64,000 nucleotides of DNA from Leptospira sp. GTDB lineage: Bacteria > Spirochaetota > Leptospiria > Leptospirales > Leptospiraceae. The notes under the pieces are model-generated. The model saw only the letters and a list, made by a program, of their open reading frames with translations. It searched no databases and was not told the DNA's origin. Shown one piece after another: positions 20,316 to 31,611 of this stretch. The DNA is taken from NCBI GenBank assembly GCA_034439575.1, contig JAWXAQ010000027.1, positions 128,001 to 192,000 of the forward strand, in the 5' to 3' direction. Made by a program: the position numbers and the translations under genes. Each line of letters starts with the position of its first letter. Within the stretch, counting starts at the first letter, position 1.

Positions 20316-20744
20316 ATGGCCGCAAAGAAAGTAGTAAAACAAATTAAACTCCAAGTGGAAGCTGGTAAAGCAAATCCTGCGCCTCCTGTTGGACCGGCAC
20401 TCGGTCAAGCGGGTTTGAACATTATGGAATTTTGCAAGCAGTTCAATGAGAGAACCAAAGCTCAAATCGGACTCAAACTTCCAGTAGTGATCACAGTTTT
20501 TACAGATAGAAGTTTTACTTTTATCACCAAGTCTCCTCCTGCGGCTTTACTTGTATTAAAGACTCTGGGATTAACATCCGGATCTCCGACACCTCACGTA
20601 ACTAAGGTGGGGACCATCAAACGGGCGCAATTGGAAGAAATTGCAAAAACGAAGATGGAAGATTTAAATGCTAACGATATGGAAGCAGCTGTAAAAATCA
20701 TCGCTGGAACTTGCCGTTCCATGGGTGTAAACGTAGAATTATAA
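20316..20744 (+). CDS. rplK: 50S ribosomal protein L11
   Basis: [13 protein letters not shown]. Confidence 0.98.
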   Translation: MAAKKVVKQIKLQVEAGKANPAPPVGPALGQAGLNIMEFCKQFNERTKAQIGLKLPVVITVFTDRSFTFITKSPPAALLVLKTLGLTSGSPTPHVTKVGTIKRAQLEEIAKTKMEDLNANDMEAAVKIIAGTCRSMGVNVEL

Positions 20745-20764
20745 TAGGATCTTGGTAGATTAAG

Positions 20765-21457
20765 ATGAAACGCGGTAAAAAATACATCCAATTGAAAGAG
20801 AAAGTTGATCGCACAAAAGCTTACACTCTTACGGAAGCTGTGGGATTAGCGAAAGCTACTTCTTACACTAAGTTTGATGGAACTCTTGAGATCTCCACTA
20901 AGATAAACTACAAATCCCTTCAAAATGTTAGGGGAACTATTTCTCTTCCGCATGGAACGGGAAAGACAATCAAAGTTTTAGTTTTCTGTAAAGGTGACAA
21001 ACAAAACGAAGCTCGTGCCGCTGGAGCGGACTTCGTTGGTGATATGGATTTAATCGAAAAAGTGGCTGGTGGTTGGACTGACTTTGATGCTTGTGTGGCC
21101 ACGCCAGACATGATGAAAGAAGTGGGAAAACTCGGTCCAGTTCTTGGTCGAAAAGGTCTTATGCCAAAACCTAAAGCCGGAACAGTTACAACAGATGTCA
21201 CTCGTGCTGTGAACGAATTGAAAGCAGGGCGAGTAGAATACAGACCTGATAAAGGTGGAGTGGTTCACTTAGGTGTAGGAAAAGTATCTTTTTCCGATGA
21301 CAAACTCCAAGACAACATCAATGCAGTTGTTGCTACCCTTATGAAAGACAAACCTTCTGACGCAAAAGGCGATTACCTTCGTTCCTTCGCAGTATCTGCG
21401 ACTATGGGCATAGGTGTTAAAGTCGACGTCAAAGAACTAGTAAACGCAAATATTTAA
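20765..21457 (+). CDS. rplA: 50S ribosomal protein L1
   Basis: LPHGTGK, LGRKGLMPKPKAGTV. Confidence 0.98.
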   Translation: MKRGKKYIQLKEKVDRTKAYTLTEAVGLAKATSYTKFDGTLEISTKINYKSLQNVRGTISLPHGTGKTIKVLVFCKGDKQNEARAAGADFVGDMDLIEKVAGGWTDFDACVATPDMMKEVGKLGPVLGRKGLMPKPKAGTVTTDVTRAVNELKAGRVEYRPDKGGVVHLGVGKVSFSDDKLQDNINAVVATLMKDKPSDAKGDYLRSFAVSATMGIGVKVDVKELVNANI

Positions 21458-21470
21458 CGGATAACCATCA

Positions 21471-22001
21471 ATGGCAAACGCAACTAAAATTGAAGCAGTA
21501 ACAGAGTTAAAGACCAGATTAGAAGAAAGACCAAATTTTATTTTAGCGTCTTACAGTGGTCTTACGGTTGAAGACATGACAAATCTAAGAGCAAAACTTC
21601 GTAAAGAAGGCTCGACGATGAAAGTGATCAAAAACAATCTTTTTCTCAGAGCACTTAAAGAATCTTCACTTCATAAAGATAAAACTTTGGATTTTGGAGA
21701 TACTTATAAAGGACCTCTTGCGGCTATTTTTTCAAATGAATCATTGCCTGCAGTTGCTAAAGTTTGCAAAGACTTCGCAAAAGATAAAAAAGAGTTAGAT
21801 GTTAAGACTGGCTATTTCGATGGCCAAGTCCTAGACAAGAAGGGAGTTGAGTCAATCGCTGGACTTCCTTCTAGAAATGAGTTGCTGTCACAAGTGGCAC
21901 GCGGCTTAAACGCACCTAGTACACAAATTGCCTCAGGACTTAACCAAATTATTGCTAGTTTGGCCCGAGGAATCAAAGCTATAGGTGAAAAGAACGGCTA
22001 A
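21471..22001 (+). CDS. rplJ: 50S ribosomal protein L10
   Basis: [20 protein letters not shown]; synteny. Confidence 0.95.
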   Translation: MANATKIEAVTELKTRLEERPNFILASYSGLTVEDMTNLRAKLRKEGSTMKVIKNNLFLRALKESSLHKDKTLDFGDTYKGPLAAIFSNESLPAVAKVCKDFAKDKKELDVKTGYFDGQVLDKKGVESIAGLPSRNELLSQVARGLNAPSTQIASGLNQIIASLARGIKAIGEKNG

Positions 22002-22047
22002 TATTACACTGGATTTATAGTGATTAGTAGAGTAAGGAGAATATAGG

Positions 22048-22425
22048 ATGTCAGTTGACGCGCTATTAGAACAAATTGGTAATCTTACACTCGTTCAGGC
22101 TTCTGAACTCGTGAAGAAAATGGAAGACAAATTCGGGATTTCTGCTGCTGCACCGGTTGCAGTTGCTGCTGTTGCTGGTGGTGGCCCTGCTGCTGCTGAA
22201 GAACCTGCAACTTTTAACGTAATCTTGAAAGCTCACGGCGACAAAAAAATCGACGTGATTAAACTCGTAAGAGAAATCACAGGTTTAGGTTTAGCAGATG
22301 CGAAAACTCTTGTTGAAGCTGGTGGAAAATCAGTGAAAGAAGGGGTTTCGAAAGACGAAGCTGCTGATATTAAGAAAAAACTCGAAGGTGCTGGGGCTCA
22401 AGTAGAAGTTGCTGCTGCCGGTTAA
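22048..22425 (+). CDS. rplL: 50S ribosomal protein L7/L12
   Basis: [26 protein letters not shown]. Confidence 0.98.
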   Translation: MSVDALLEQIGNLTLVQASELVKKMEDKFGISAAAPVAVAAVAGGGPAAAEEPATFNVILKAHGDKKIDVIKLVREITGLGLADAKTLVEAGGKSVKEGVSKDEAADIKKKLEGAGAQVEVAAAG

Positions 22426-22467
22426 TCACCAGCTTGCAGGTTTCTATTTCCCCTTTCTTCAAAAATT

Positions 22468-22509
22468 TAGAGGCAGGGAGGCCGTAGGCTTCTCCACCTC
22501 TATTTTGTT
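22468..22509 (+). terminator. Hairpin plus T-rich tract between rplL and rpoB (candidate attenuator)
   Basis: TAGAGG..GGGAGGCC-GTA-GGCTTCTC..CCTCTA followed by TTTTGTT. Confidence 0.55.
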
Positions 22510-22555
22510 ATTTATAGTTACCATCATATTTTGTTATATCTAGGGAGAGTGTTCC

Positions 22556-25500
22556 ATGAATACCCGAATGCAATCTAGAAAGCGGGTAAATTTCGGTAAA
22601 ATTACCGACCTCAATTTACTTCCTAATCTTATCTACGTTCAAAAAAAATCTTTTGACTGGTTTCTCCAGGCAGAAGTGAAAGATCCAACTAAACGCGCGA
22701 ACCAAGGCCTTGAGGCGGTTTTCCGAGAGTCTTTCCCAATCGAGAGTCCCAATAACGATATGGTCATGGAATATGGCCATTACGTATTAGGTGAGGCAAA
22801 ACGAAATCCGCAAGAATGTAAAGATACGGATTCTTCTTATGCCTATCCTCTTAAAGCAGTCATTCGCCTTATCATCAAAGAAACGGGTGAGATTCGGGAA
22901 CAAGTAGTGTATATGGGCGACCTTCCTGTGATGACAGATCACGGAACTTTCGTGATCAATGGTGCCGAAAGAGTTGTGGTCAGCCAATTGCACAGATCTC
23001 CTGGTATTTTCTTTTCCTATGACCAAGCAAGAGATACTTTTTCTGCAAGGGTAATTCCATATCGTGGATCATGGTTAGAATTTGAAATGGACAATAAGGG
23101 TATCCTTGTTGCGAAAATCGACCGTAAGAAAAAATTCCCAGCTACTTTACTTGTAAAATCTATGGGTATGGGAACAAACGAAGAAGTATTACGTTTGTTC
23201 TACGGTTCATCCAAAATGAAAATTGCGGGTGCTGGTCCAAAAGAATTAAAACGACTGATTGGTCGCAGAACCATTGCTGATATCATCAACATGGAAACTG
23301 GCGAAGTTATGCTCGATGCCGGATCCAAAATCAACGAAGATAATATTTCCATCCTTCGAGAAATGAAAGTGAAAGAAGTGGATGTGATCGAATTTCCAAA
23401 AGGAAAAGACAATCCTGTTCTGATAAACTGTCTGGAAAAAGACGGAGTAAACGATTACGAAGATGCGGTGAAAAAATTTCACACCATTATGCGTCCTGGT
23501 GAACCATCGACTATCGAAAACGCAGAATCGGAACTGAGGAGATTATTTTTCTCTCCAAAAACTTTTGATTTGGGTATCGTTGGTCGTTACAAAATCAATA
23601 GCAAATTCGAATTTAATAATCCAAAAGACTTTAATAAAGCGGACGAACGTGTACTTCGAAAAGAAGACATCATTGAAACGGTGCGTTATTTAGTCATGTT
23701 AATGAGCGATGCAGAAAACTATTATCCAGATGACATTGACCATTTGGGCAATAGAAGAATTCGTTCTGTTGGGGAACTTGTTGCCAACCAATTGAAACTT
23801 GGTTTTTCCAGAGTGGAACGTGTCATCAAAGAAAGAATGACGGTCCAAGAACCAGAACAACAAACTCCACAATTATTGATTTCCATTAAACCAATTACAG
23901 CTGTGATCAATGAATTTTTTGGTTCATCTCAGTTGTCGCAATTTATGGACCAAACAAATCCTTTAGCAGAACTTACGCACAAACGTAGGTTAAATGCTCT
24001 TGGACCTGGTGGTCTTTCTCGCGATAGAGCAGGGTTTGAAGTTCGTGACGTGCATTATTCGCATTACGGAAGAATGTGTCCGATTGAAACGCCTGAAGGT
24101 CCAAACATTGGACTCATACTATCCATGTCTAGTTTCGCTCGTGTGAATGATTATGGATTTCTTGAAACACCATACCGAGTTGTGAAGAGTGGAAAAGTAA
24201 CCAAACAAGTTGAATATTTAACAGCCGATAAAGAAGAATACCATTATATGGCGCAGGCTTCGTCTGCGGTAGATGAGAAAGGTGATTTTCAATCTAAACT
24301 AATTTCAACTCGTCACCGAGGGGATTTTCCTTTCAGAAGCCCGGCTGAGATCCAATATATGGACCTTGCTCCATTGCAAGTTGTATCAGTATCCACTGCT
24401 CTTATCCCTTTCCTTGAGCATGATGATGCGAACCGCGCTCTTATGGGTTCGAACATGCAACGTCAAGCTGTACCACTTCTTACCGACGAAGCACCGTTTG
24501 TTGGAACAGGTATTGAATCCAGAGCGGCATATGACGCTGGGGTTTGTATTGTTGCTAAAAAAGACGGGGTTGTTTCTAAGGTGGATGCGGAAGGCGTTTG
24601 GGTAAAAGAAGATGCTTCAAAAGAAATAGCTCATTACCCTTTGATTAAGTTCAAAAAAACGAACCAAGGCACTTGTTTTAACCAAAAACCAAACGTAAGT
24701 ATGTTACATGCATACGCTTCCGGAAAGGTTTCAAAAGTTTCCAAAGAAAGAATTGAAATTACATTAAATGATGGTGAAAAAGAAATACATGAATTGATTC
24801 AAAATGAAGAAATTCAATTTGTAGCACTTGTTAAAGAAGGACAAGATGTTCCTATAGGTTTTCCTATCGCAGGTCAACTCATTAAGGGTGAAAGAGTTGG
24901 GGAATTCGGTGCCATTTTACAAAAAGGTACTGTTCTTGCCAATGGACCTTCAACTGATTCAGGTTATTTGGCGCTTGGTAAAAACGTACTTGTTGCCTTT
25001 ATGCCTTGGGAAGGTTACAACTTTGAGGATGCGATTCTGATTTCAGAACGTATCATCAAAGAAGATGTTTTTTCATCTATCCACATTGAAGAATTCGAAA
25101 TCCAGGCTCGCGAAACAAAACTTGGACAAGAACAAATCACTCGTGACATTCCAAACTTATCCGACAAAGCATTCCGTGATCTAGATGAAACGGGTGTGAT
25201 TCGTATTGGTGCCGAAGTCAAACCCGGTGATATATTGGTCGGTATGGTAACTCCGAAAGGAGAAACAGACCTTACTCCTGAATATAAATTACTTCACTCT
25301 ATTTTTGGTGAAAAGGCGAAAGAAGTAAGAGATTCTTCTCTTCGTATGCCAAATGGTTTTGAAGGAACGGTTATAGATATCAAAAGATTCTCGCGTGAAA
25401 CAGGTGATGAACTTGCGGCAGGCGTTGAAGAAATGGTAAAGGTTTATGTTGCTCGTAAACGTAAACTACTTGTTGGGGATAAGATGGCAGGCCGACACGG

Positions 25501-26242
25501 TAACAAAGGTGTTGTGGCAAGAGTTATGGCCCAAGAAGACATGCCATATATGGAAGACGGCACTCCTGTAGACATCGTGCTTAACCCACTTGGGGTTCCA
25601 TCACGTATGAACTTGGGACAGATTTTTGAAACGCAATTAGGTTTTGCTGCTAAAAAACTTGGCCTTAACTTTGAAACACCAGTATTTGATGGTGCTACCG
25701 AAGAACACGTACAAGACTATTGCAAACAAGCAGGCCTCCCATCCAATAGTAAATTTAAACTTTATGATGGTAGAACAGGTGAATCATTCATCAATCCAGT
25801 GTTTTGTGGATACATCTATATGTTGAAGCTTGCACACTTAGTAGATGATAAGATCCATGCTCGTTCTACTGGTCCATACTCACTTGTCACACAACAACCA
25901 CTTGGCGGTAAAGCGCAGTTTGGTGGCCAAAGACTAGGAGAGATGGAAGTTTGGGCACTCGAAGCTTATGGTGCATCTCACACATTACAAGAGTTATTAA
26001 CAATAAAATCTGATGATATGTTGGGTCGGGCTCGTATTTATGAAGCGATCGTGAAGGGGATTCATTCCATTAAACCAGGAATTCCAGAATCTTTCAACGT
26101 TCTCGTTCAAGAATTACGTGGTCTTGCCCTAGACATTATCATCAAAGACTCTGAAGGTCTGGAAGTGGATATTTCTGATTACGAAGATGAGTTCTCGAAA
26201 AACAAAAAGAAAATTAAATTCGAAACCATCGAAAACGCGTAA
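22556..26242 (+). CDS. rpoB: RNA polymerase beta subunit
   Basis: [30 protein letters not shown]. Confidence 0.99.
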   Translation: MNTRMQSRKRVNFGKITDLNLLPNLIYVQKKSFDWFLQAEVKDPTKRANQGLEAVFRESFPIESPNNDMVMEYGHYVLGEAKRNPQECKDTDSSYAYPLKAVIRLIIKETGEIREQVVYMGDLPVMTDHGTFVINGAERVVVSQLHRSPGIFFSYDQARDTFSARVIPYRGSWLEFEMDNKGILVAKIDRKKKFPATLLVKSMGMGTNEEVLRLFYGSSKMKIAGAGPKELKRLIGRRTIADIINMETGEVMLDAGSKINEDNISILREMKVKEVDVIEFPKGKDNPVLINCLEKDGVNDYEDAVKKFHTIMRPGEPSTIENAESELRRLFFSPKTFDLGIVGRYKINSKFEFNNPKDFNKADERVLRKEDIIETVRYLVMLMSDAENYYPDDIDHLGNRRIRSVGELVANQLKLGFSRVERVIKERMTVQEPEQQTPQLLISIKPITAVINEFFGSSQLSQFMDQTNPLAELTHKRRLNALGPGGLSRDRAGFEVRDVHYSHYGRMCPIETPEGPNIGLILSMSSFARVNDYGFLETPYRVVKSGKVTKQVEYLTADKEEYHYMAQASSAVDEKGDFQSKLISTRHRGDFPFRSPAEIQYMDLAPLQVVSVSTALIPFLEHDDANRALMGSNMQRQAVPLLTDEAPFVGTGIESRAAYDAGVCIVAKKDGVVSKVDAEGVWVKEDASKEIAHYPLIKFKKTNQGTCFNQKPNVSMLHAYASGKVSKVSKERIEITLNDGEKEIHELIQNEEIQFVALVKEGQDVPIGFPIAGQLIKGERVGEFGAILQKGTVLANGPSTDSGYLALGKNVLVAFMPWEGYNFEDAILISERIIKEDVFSSIHIEEFEIQARETKLGQEQITRDIPNLSDKAFRDLDETGVIRIGAEVKPGDILVGMVTPKGETDLTPEYKLLHSIFGEKAKEVRDSSLRMPNGFEGTVIDIKRFSRETGDELAAGVEEMVKVYVARKRKLLVGDKMAGRHGNKGVVARVMAQEDMPYMEDGTPVDIVLNPLGVPSRMNLGQIFETQLGFAAKKLGLNFETPVFDGATEEHVQDYCKQAGLPSNSKFKLYDGRTGESFINPVFCGYIYMLKLAHLVDDKIHARSTGPYSLVTQQPLGGKAQFGGQRLGEMEVWALEAYGASHTLQELLTIKSDDMLGRARIYEAIVKGIHSIKPGIPESFNVLVQELRGLALDIIIKDSEGLEVDISDYEDEFSKNKKKIKFETIENA

Positions 26243-26253
26243 GGAACAAGATT

Positions 26254-29200
26254 ATGAGAAATTACAACAGTTTTGAATCAATCACGATCCGTCTGGCTTC
26301 ACCAGAACGGATCAAAGAATGGTCGTTTGGCGAAGTAAAAAAACCCGAAACCATCAACTACCGTACCTTAAAACCGGAGAGAGATGGTTTATTTTGTGAA
26401 AAAATATTTGGAACCACAAAAGACTGGGAATGTTATTGCGGTAAATTTAAATCCATTCGTTACAAAGGTGTTGTTTGCGACAAATGTGGAGTGGAAGTAA
26501 CACACTCCAAAGTTCGTCGTGAAAGAATGGGGCACATTGAACTTGCGGCCCCAGTTTCTCATATTTGGTATTATAGATCTGTTCCATCACGTATGGGTCT
26601 TCTTTTGGATATGACAATCAACCAATTGAAGAGCGTTCTTTATTTTGAAAAATATGTGATCATTGATCCTGCGGATTCGGGAAGAAGCCGTGGTGAACTT
26701 ATTGATGAAGATGAATACCATAACTTCTTAGATGAATATGGTGATAAGTTTATCGCAGGTATCGGTGGGGATGCCATTAAAGAACTACTTGCACGTATCG
26801 ATGTAGATGCAGAAGCAAGAGCCATTCGTCAAAAAATCCAAGATAGAAGTAAAATTTCTGACAAAAGAATTTATAAAAGATTAGAAGTATTAGAAGCCTT
26901 CCGTGATTCAGGGAACCGTCCTGAATGGATGGTGCTCGATGTAGTTCCAGTGATTCCGCCTGAACTTCGACCTATGGTACAATTAGAAGGAGGTCGTTTT
27001 GCGACTTCTGATTTAAATGATTTGTATCGTCGCGTAATTAACCGTAACAACCGTTTGAAGCGACTTCTTGCACTAAAAGCTCCAGAAATTATCGTACGAA
27101 ACGAAAAACGTATGTTACAGGAAGCGGTTGATGCTTTATTTGATAACAGCCGTCGCAAACGTACTGTGAAGGGCAAGGGAAATAGACCATTGAAATCTAT
27201 TTCCGACATGTTGAAAGGTAAACAAGGACGTTTCCGCCAAAACTTACTTGGTAAACGTGTGGATTATTCTGGTCGTTCGGTAATTGTTGTGGGTCCAGAA
27301 CTTAAATACCACCAAATGGGTCTTCCAAAAAAGATGGCTCTTGAACTTTTCAAGCCTTTCATCATGAAACGCCTTGTGGATCTTGAACTAGCTCCAAACA
27401 TTAAATCTGCGAAGAAGAAAATTGAAGCAGAAGATCGTGAAGTATTCGATGTTTTGGATACTGTAGTTAAAGAACACCCTGTATTATTAAACAGAGCTCC
27501 TACTCTTCATAGACTCGGGATCCAAGCTTTCCTTCCCATCTTAGTTGAAGGTAAAGCGATCAAATTGCATCCTCTAGTTTGCCATGCCTTTAATGCTGAC
27601 TTTGACGGTGACCAAATGGCCATCCACCTTCCACTTGCTCCAAAAGCACAGTTGGAAACATGGATGCTTATGTTATCACCGCATAACATCTTAAATCCAG
27701 CGAACGGACAACCGATTTGCGGACCGACACAAGACATCGTACTTGGTATTTATTATCTTACTTCAGAAGTGAAGGATGCTAAGGGCCAAGGTAAATTTTT
27801 TACTGGTCTTGATGAGATTATGTATGCCATAGAAAGTAAAACAGTGGAGATTCGTTCCAAAATCTCCGTGTTACACGAAGGTAAAATTATCGAAACAACA
27901 CCTGGTAGACTAATTTTCAACCAGGTGATGCCAAAAGGTTATGTTTACGTAAACAGAACCCTCGGTGATAAAGAAACCAATAAAATCATAGCTGATGTTT
28001 ATGAAAAATTTGGCCCAGGTGCCACTGTTGTTATGCTCGACGAGATCAAACGTCTCGGTTATAAATATGCAACATACTTCGCACCAACAATCTCCATAGA
28101 AGATATACGAGTATCTCCACACAAAGAAGGTCTAGTCAACGACGCCAACAAAGAAGTGGAAAAAGCGGATATGGAGTACCGAAAAGGTATTATCACTAAC
28201 GAAGAACGATACAAAAAGGTAATCGAAATTTGGACAAAAACAAATGATAAAATTACTGATGGTATGTTCAAAGAGTTAGAGAAAGACCAAGGTGGTTTTA
28301 ACCCAGTTTTCGTAATGGCGGCCTCAGGTGCTCGTGGATCAAAACAACAGATTCGCCAGCTAGCAGGGATGAGGGGACTTATGGCTAAGCCAAGTGGCGA
28401 GATCATTGAGCTTGCCATCAGATCAAACTTCCGTGAAGGTTTGGGTGTATTAGAATTTTTTATCTCTACGCACGGTGCGAGAAAAGGTCTTGCGGATACG
28501 GCACTAAAAACTGCCGATGCGGGTTATTTGACTCGTCGTCTAGTGGACATTTCTCAAGACGTAATCGTTTCTGAAGACGATTGTGGTACAAAAGAAAACG
28601 TAACTCTCGGTATGGTAAAAGAGGGCGAAAATATTATCGTGACTCTTGCTGACCGTGTGTTTGGCCGTTATACGGCAGAAGATCTTGTGGATCCAGTGAC
28701 AGAAAAAGTGGTTTTCCCTAAAGATACCATCATCACTCGCGCCATTGGCCAGCAGATCGAAAATCTTGGTTATGATAAAATCAAAGTTAGATCACCTTTA
28801 ACTTGTAGATCAAGACAAGGAATTTGTACAAAATGTTACGGTATGGACATGGCTCGCCTTGTTCCAGCTGAGATTGGGGAAGCTGTGGGAACCATTGCGG
28901 CTCAATCCATTGGGCAACCGGGAACACAGCTTACCATGAGAACTTTCCACATTGGTGGTGCGGCATCTGCTACGATCCAAGAGAAAGAACACAAAGTTGG
29001 ATATCGATGTCTAGTTAAATCAGTGAACGGACGTTTGGTGACAAACCCTACTGGCTCAAAAGTATTCACTCGTCGTGGAACAATTATCGTTCAAAGACTT
29101 GTGCAAGAATTTCAAACTTCAACTCTTTCTAATATTCGAGTCATTGATGGACAAAGATTGGAAAAAGGGGAAGTATTCGGAACTCAATTGACTGAAAACG

Positions 29201-30573
29201 GAGAACAAATGGTAACGGCTGACCAGCCAGGAACTGTTTCTCTTCAAGGTTCATTGTTACGAGTGCTTGGTGATGATTTAGTAATCCCTGTAAAAGTGGG
29301 AACATTACTCAAATGTGCAGATAATGACATAGTCGATGAAAACAAACCACTCGCAGAGTTTGACCCATATAACGAAGTTGTTGTGACAGAAATTGGCGGA
29401 ACGATTTCTTGGGAAGATTTAGAAGTTGGTAAAAACGTTCGCCGAGATGTAGATCCAAAAACCTCTAATATTATCTTTAAAGTAGTAGAACAGAAAAAAG
29501 ATCGTTTGGTTCCAGTTGTTGCTGTCTTAGGAGCAACAAACGAAAGTTATTCTGTGCCTGTGGATGCCTTACTCCAGTTCCAATCGGGAGACAAGGTAAA
29601 AGAAGGAGATATTCTTTTCAAAATTCCATCTGTTGCAGAAAAAACACGAGATATCACTGGTGGATTACCTCGAGTTGACGAACTTTTTGAAGCAAGACGT
29701 CCAAAAGATGCTTGTACCTTAGCAGAAATCGAAGGTAAAATTGAAGACCGCGGGGAAATCGTAAAAGAAAAACGTATACTTTATATCATTTCTGAATCTG
29801 CCGAAGTGGAAAAGGTTAAAGTAGCGATCCCGATTGGTAAACAACTTCGAGTTCGTCATGGCGACTTTGTGAAAGTAGGCGACCAAATTGATGAAGGAAA
29901 CTTTGATCCACATGATATTTTGGCCATCAAAGGACCAAATGCCCTTCACAACTATATGGTTTCCGAAGTGCAAGAAGTGTATCGTCTGCAAGGTGTTCAT
30001 ATCAATGATAAACACATTGAAGTTGTCGTAAGACAGATGTTAAGAAAGGTTATCATCACAGACAGTGGGGATACATCTTTTGTCAATCAACAGCAAGTAG
30101 ATCGATTTTTATACAATGAAGAGAATGAAAGAGTGATTGCTGAGGGGGGAAGTCCTGCGAATTCCCAGCCGATACTTCTTGGATTAACAAAAGCATCCTT
30201 GAATACAGAATCTTATTTCTCAGCGGCTTCCTTCCAGGAAACAACTAAGGTTTTAACGGATGCTGCCATCAAGGGCAAAACGGATCACCTAATGGGTTTA
30301 AAAGAGAACGTGATTATCGGACATATGATCCCTGCCGGAACGGGCATGAAAAAATACCGAGACATCGAAGTTTTCAAAGATATACCTGGAGATTTGGATT
30401 GGGATCTTGAGGAAGAGGAAGAAGTAGAAGAAGAAATGGTCGAAATACCAGAATCGGCTCCTGTTTCTGTAGTTACTCTTTCTAAGTTAGTGGAAGAAGA
30501 TGATGAGGACGAAGACGAATTAGAAGATGATGATTCGGATGCGGACGCAGAAGAAGAGGATGACGAAGATTAA
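26254..30573 (+). CDS. rpoC: RNA polymerase beta' subunit
   Basis: NADFDGD, N-terminal Zn finger, [10 protein letters not shown]. Confidence 0.99.
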   Translation: MRNYNSFESITIRLASPERIKEWSFGEVKKPETINYRTLKPERDGLFCEKIFGTTKDWECYCGKFKSIRYKGVVCDKCGVEVTHSKVRRERMGHIELAAPVSHIWYYRSVPSRMGLLLDMTINQLKSVLYFEKYVIIDPADSGRSRGELIDEDEYHNFLDEYGDKFIAGIGGDAIKELLARIDVDAEARAIRQKIQDRSKISDKRIYKRLEVLEAFRDSGNRPEWMVLDVVPVIPPELRPMVQLEGGRFATSDLNDLYRRVINRNNRLKRLLALKAPEIIVRNEKRMLQEAVDALFDNSRRKRTVKGKGNRPLKSISDMLKGKQGRFRQNLLGKRVDYSGRSVIVVGPELKYHQMGLPKKMALELFKPFIMKRLVDLELAPNIKSAKKKIEAEDREVFDVLDTVVKEHPVLLNRAPTLHRLGIQAFLPILVEGKAIKLHPLVCHAFNADFDGDQMAIHLPLAPKAQLETWMLMLSPHNILNPANGQPICGPTQDIVLGIYYLTSEVKDAKGQGKFFTGLDEIMYAIESKTVEIRSKISVLHEGKIIETTPGRLIFNQVMPKGYVYVNRTLGDKETNKIIADVYEKFGPGATVVMLDEIKRLGYKYATYFAPTISIEDIRVSPHKEGLVNDANKEVEKADMEYRKGIITNEERYKKVIEIWTKTNDKITDGMFKELEKDQGGFNPVFVMAASGARGSKQQIRQLAGMRGLMAKPSGEIIELAIRSNFREGLGVLEFFISTHGARKGLADTALKTADAGYLTRRLVDISQDVIVSEDDCGTKENVTLGMVKEGENIIVTLADRVFGRYTAEDLVDPVTEKVVFPKDTIITRAIGQQIENLGYDKIKVRSPLTCRSRQGICTKCYGMDMARLVPAEIGEAVGTIAAQSIGQPGTQLTMRTFHIGGAASATIQEKEHKVGYRCLVKSVNGRLVTNPTGSKVFTRRGTIIVQRLVQEFQTSTLSNIRVIDGQRLEKGEVFGTQLTENGEQMVTADQPGTVSLQGSLLRVLGDDLVIPVKVGTLLKCADNDIVDENKPLAEFDPYNEVVVTEIGGTISWEDLEVGKNVRRDVDPKTSNIIFKVVEQKKDRLVPVVAVLGATNESYSVPVDALLQFQSGDKVKEGDILFKIPSVAEKTRDITGGLPRVDELFEARRPKDACTLAEIEGKIEDRGEIVKEKRILYIISESAEVEKVKVAIPIGKQLRVRHGDFVKVGDQIDEGNFDPHDILAIKGPNALHNYMVSEVQEVYRLQGVHINDKHIEVVVRQMLRKVIITDSGDTSFVNQQQVDRFLYNEENERVIAEGGSPANSQPILLGLTKASLNTESYFSAASFQETTKVLTDAAIKGKTDHLMGLKENVIIGHMIPAGTGMKKYRDIEVFKDIPGDLDWDLEEEEEVEEEMVEIPESAPVSVVTLSKLVEEDDEDEDELEDDDSDADAEEEDDED

Positions 30574-30685
30574 ATTCTTCGTCTCCTGAAAACAATTTAG
30601 GTTTTCGTTTACAAAAACAGGTATTCTGGAAATTTGGACGGAAACGGCATATTTTTATAAAGAAATAGAGTTAAGAAGGAATCGA

Positions 30686-31060
30686 ATGCCTACAATTAAT
30701 CAGCTCATCCGACATGGAAGAGACGCACAAAAGAAAAGAACTAAATCACCTGCTCTAAAGGCATGCCCTCAAAGAAGGGGTGTTTGCACGCGGGTTATGA
30801 CTTTCACACCTAAAAAACCAAACTCAGCTCTTCGTAAAGTAGCGAGAGTTAGGTTGACTACTGGTATTGAAGTCACTGCATATATTCCAGGCGAGGGTCA
30901 CAATCTTCAAGAACACAACGTTGTTCTCATTCGTGGTGGAAGGGTAAAAGATTTACCAGGGGTTCGTTATCATATCGTTCGCGGAACACTGGATACACTC
31001 GGTGTTGATAAACGTCGTAAAAGCCGATCAAAATATGGCGCTAAGCGTCCTAAGGCGTAG
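30686..31060 (+). CDS. rpsL: 30S ribosomal protein S12
   Basis: [17 protein letters not shown]. Confidence 0.99.
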   Translation: MPTINQLIRHGRDAQKKRTKSPALKACPQRRGVCTRVMTFTPKKPNSALRKVARVRLTTGIEVTAYIPGEGHNLQEHNVVLIRGGRVKDLPGVRYHIVRGTLDTLGVDKRRKSRSKYGAKRPKA

Positions 31061-31074
31061 AGGAGAGTTTTTGT

Positions 31075-31548
31075 ATGTCTAGAAGAAGAGGAAAAGTTGA
31101 CCCACGCCCGATGATCGGGGATCCAAAATACAATGATAAAGTAATTACAAAGTTTATCAATTGTTTGATGGTTGATGGTAAAAAAAGTGTCGCAGAATCA
31201 GTATTTTACGATGCTTTAGAAGTTATTAATAAAAAAACTGGCCAAGACGCTTTTACCGTATTCCAAGAAGCTTTGGAAAACGTAAAACCACAAGTCGAAG
31301 TTAAATCTCGACGAGTGGGTGGTGTTACTTACCAAGTTCCTATTGAAGTAAGACCAGAAAGACGTCTTGCTCTTGGGATCAGATGGCTGATTCGTTATTC
31401 TAGAGATAGAAACGAAAAATCTATGAAAAACAAATTGGCGGCAGAATTTATGGAAGCTCAAAAAGGCACAGGTTCTGCAATCAAGAAGAAAGAAGATATT
31501 CGAAAAATGGCAGATGCCAACAAAGCATTCTCTCATTATCGTTGGTAA
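31075..31548 (+). CDS. rpsG: 30S ribosomal protein S7
   Basis: EVKSRRVGGVTYQVP, ANKAFSHYRW. Confidence 0.99.
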   Translation: MSRRRGKVDPRPMIGDPKYNDKVITKFINCLMVDGKKSVAESVFYDALEVINKKTGQDAFTVFQEALENVKPQVEVKSRRVGGVTYQVPIEVRPERRLALGIRWLIRYSRDRNEKSMKNKLAAEFMEAQKGTGSAIKKKEDIRKMADANKAFSHYRW

Positions 31549-31577
31549 AATTTTTAATTCGATTCTAAACCATTTGG

Positions 31578-31605
31578 AAAGCCGGGTATTCACTCGGCTT
31601 TTTTT
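31578..31605 (+). terminator. Intrinsic terminator between rpsG and the EF-G-like gene
   Basis: AAAGCCGGGT-ATTC-ACTCGGCTTT stem running into a T7 tract. Confidence 0.8.
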
Positions 31606-31611
31606 ATTTGT

